Positions 62,621-64,000 of a stretch of DNA of 64,000 bases are shown here, one piece after another; position 1 is the first letter of the stretch; each line of letters starts with the position of its first letter. A program made the position numbers and the translations under genes. The notes below the pieces were generated by a model, which saw only the letters and a list, made by a program, of their open reading frames with translations, had not been told where the DNA came from and searched no databases. Origin of the DNA: Camelus dromedarius (taxonomy: Eukaryota); the NCBI RefSeq assembly GCF_036321535.1, contig NC_087437.1, forward strand, positions 49,354,001 to 49,418,000, written 5' to 3'.

Positions 62621-63269
62621 AAATTTTTTTAATAAGTGGACATTTCTAATAAACACCTTTAACATGTGATACTCTAGAGCTAATCCTGAGAATTATCTTG
62701 ACTCCCTTTCTTGATATGCTTCACGTAGAAAACATTCTGAGGTCCTTGCAACAAGCTAGCCTATTCAAGGTCCTGAATTCAGACAAAAGAAACCATTTCC
62801 ACAGACGTAAACAACTTCCAGAGGCAACACAAGTATGCTGTGATCCCATCCACTACTGTTACTCTGTGCTCTCACCTAGGTCGTTGGCATGAATGCCTAT
62901 TTGACATACCCCATCAGTACGCTCTAGACAGGCAGCTTTCAAATTCTGAAATGTCCACAGACAAGACTTTCTATATGGCTCTGTCCAAAAACCTTGGGCA
63001 AAAGAAAAGGAGTTAAGAAAAAGGAAATGAGTCAAGGCCCTTGACAACCTCAGAGAAAGCCTGATCTGTACAAGGGACACTTTAACCATCCCGCCCGCTC
63101 TTCTCTTAATGTGGAGCCAATTCTTTGTAAGTTTTCCAAAAGACATTCCCAAGCTCATCATAGTATTTTATACATCACCTTTCCTTGTCTCCCTTCTTCA
63201 GCTAATTAAATTCTTGTTCCTAAAAACTCAGTTCTAGCATCTTATCCTCTTACCCCACTGTCCCAATCT

Positions 63270-63470
63270 AATTTAGATATCCTTTCTTGTGCTCTCATAG
63301 AATGCTGCACTCTTATACCTTATCAGTTATATTATAATAATTGATTTACTTATCTGACTCATCTACTACTTATGGGAGTAAGTTCCTTAAGGACAAGACT
63401 CATGTTTTAATCATTTTTGTATCCCTACTTCCTAGCAGAGTACTACTTTAAAAATCCACTGAATGAATTA
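63270..63470 (+). mobile_element. L2 3' end
   Basis: gtaagttccttaaggacaagact...tttgtatccc...cctagcagagt...tgaatgaat. Confidence 0.78.
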
Positions 63471-63689
63471 ATGTCCATGCATGATAGTTACTCTTCTTAG
63501 TCTCTGGAAGGACATAGAGACTTAGTTTTTATATATCTAGTGAACAAGTCTGGTTTTGTATGTAGGAAACTTCTGACCTATGCCAGGAAATTCTTCTCCA
63601 TTTATAGATAAGCCTGTTGTAGTTACTTTAACTAGGCTGTTGCTCTATATGCTCTATAGTCTTCTTTGAAAACATCTTAAGAACTAAAT

Positions 63690-64000
63690 AGGGAACCCTC
63701 TGACACTGTTGGTGGGAATGTAAATTGGTACAGCCACTATGAAGAACAGTATGCAGGTTCCTTAAAAAACTAAAAACAGACTTACCATATGATCCAGCAA
63801 TCCCACTTCTAGGGCATGTATCTGGAAAAGAAGAAAACTCTAATTCAAAAAGATACATGTTCCCCAATGCTCATAGCAGCACTGTTCACAATCCCCAAGA
63901 CACAGAAGCAACCTAAATGTCTATCGACAGCTGAATGAATAAAAAAGATGTTATACCTACACACATACACGTGCGTGCGCGCCATGGAATGTTACTCAGC
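63690..64000 (+). mobile_element. 5'-truncated LINE-1 ORF2 3' region running off the window end
   Basis: agggaaccctctgacactgttggtgggaatgtaaattggtacagccactatg...gatccagcaatcccact. Confidence 0.94.

Noticed and set aside
1..64000. Prokaryote-style systems (CRISPR arrays, operons, defence islands) or a named host gene
   Set aside because: The sequence is clearly mammalian, with no regularly spaced repeat-spacer array and no recognisable coding exon, so no gene symbol can be assigned.

Overview
AT-rich mammalian non-coding DNA, most probably from a camelid: two copies of a tRNA-derived SINE resembling Vic-1 sit among cetartiodactyl-type L1 3' ends. I can support no intact protein-coding gene. 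The recognisable peptides in the ORF track come from decayed LINE-1 ORF1/ORF2, and a broken hAT transposase can be read by hand. A large part of the window is interspersed repeat: a near-full-length but dead 7 kb L1 (36.7-43.6 kb, minus strand), many truncated L1, L2 and MIR fragments, several hAT-Charlie elements and a MER74-like solo LTR. The repeat-poor stretches (about 6.7-9.5, 10.8-13.6, 14.5-17.1 and 49.5-54.8 kb) carry patterned transcription-factor motif clusters (PBX-HOX/MEIS, POU4, TBX-MEIS-GATA, tandem SMAD CAGA boxes, paired GGATTA sites). These look like developmental enhancers in a large intron or gene desert. A few + strand exon-like segments hint at a spliced, probably non-coding, transcript. 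I found no evidence of a new multi-gene system. Repeat family names are from recalled consensus sequences, boundaries are approximate, and conservation is inferred rather than measured.
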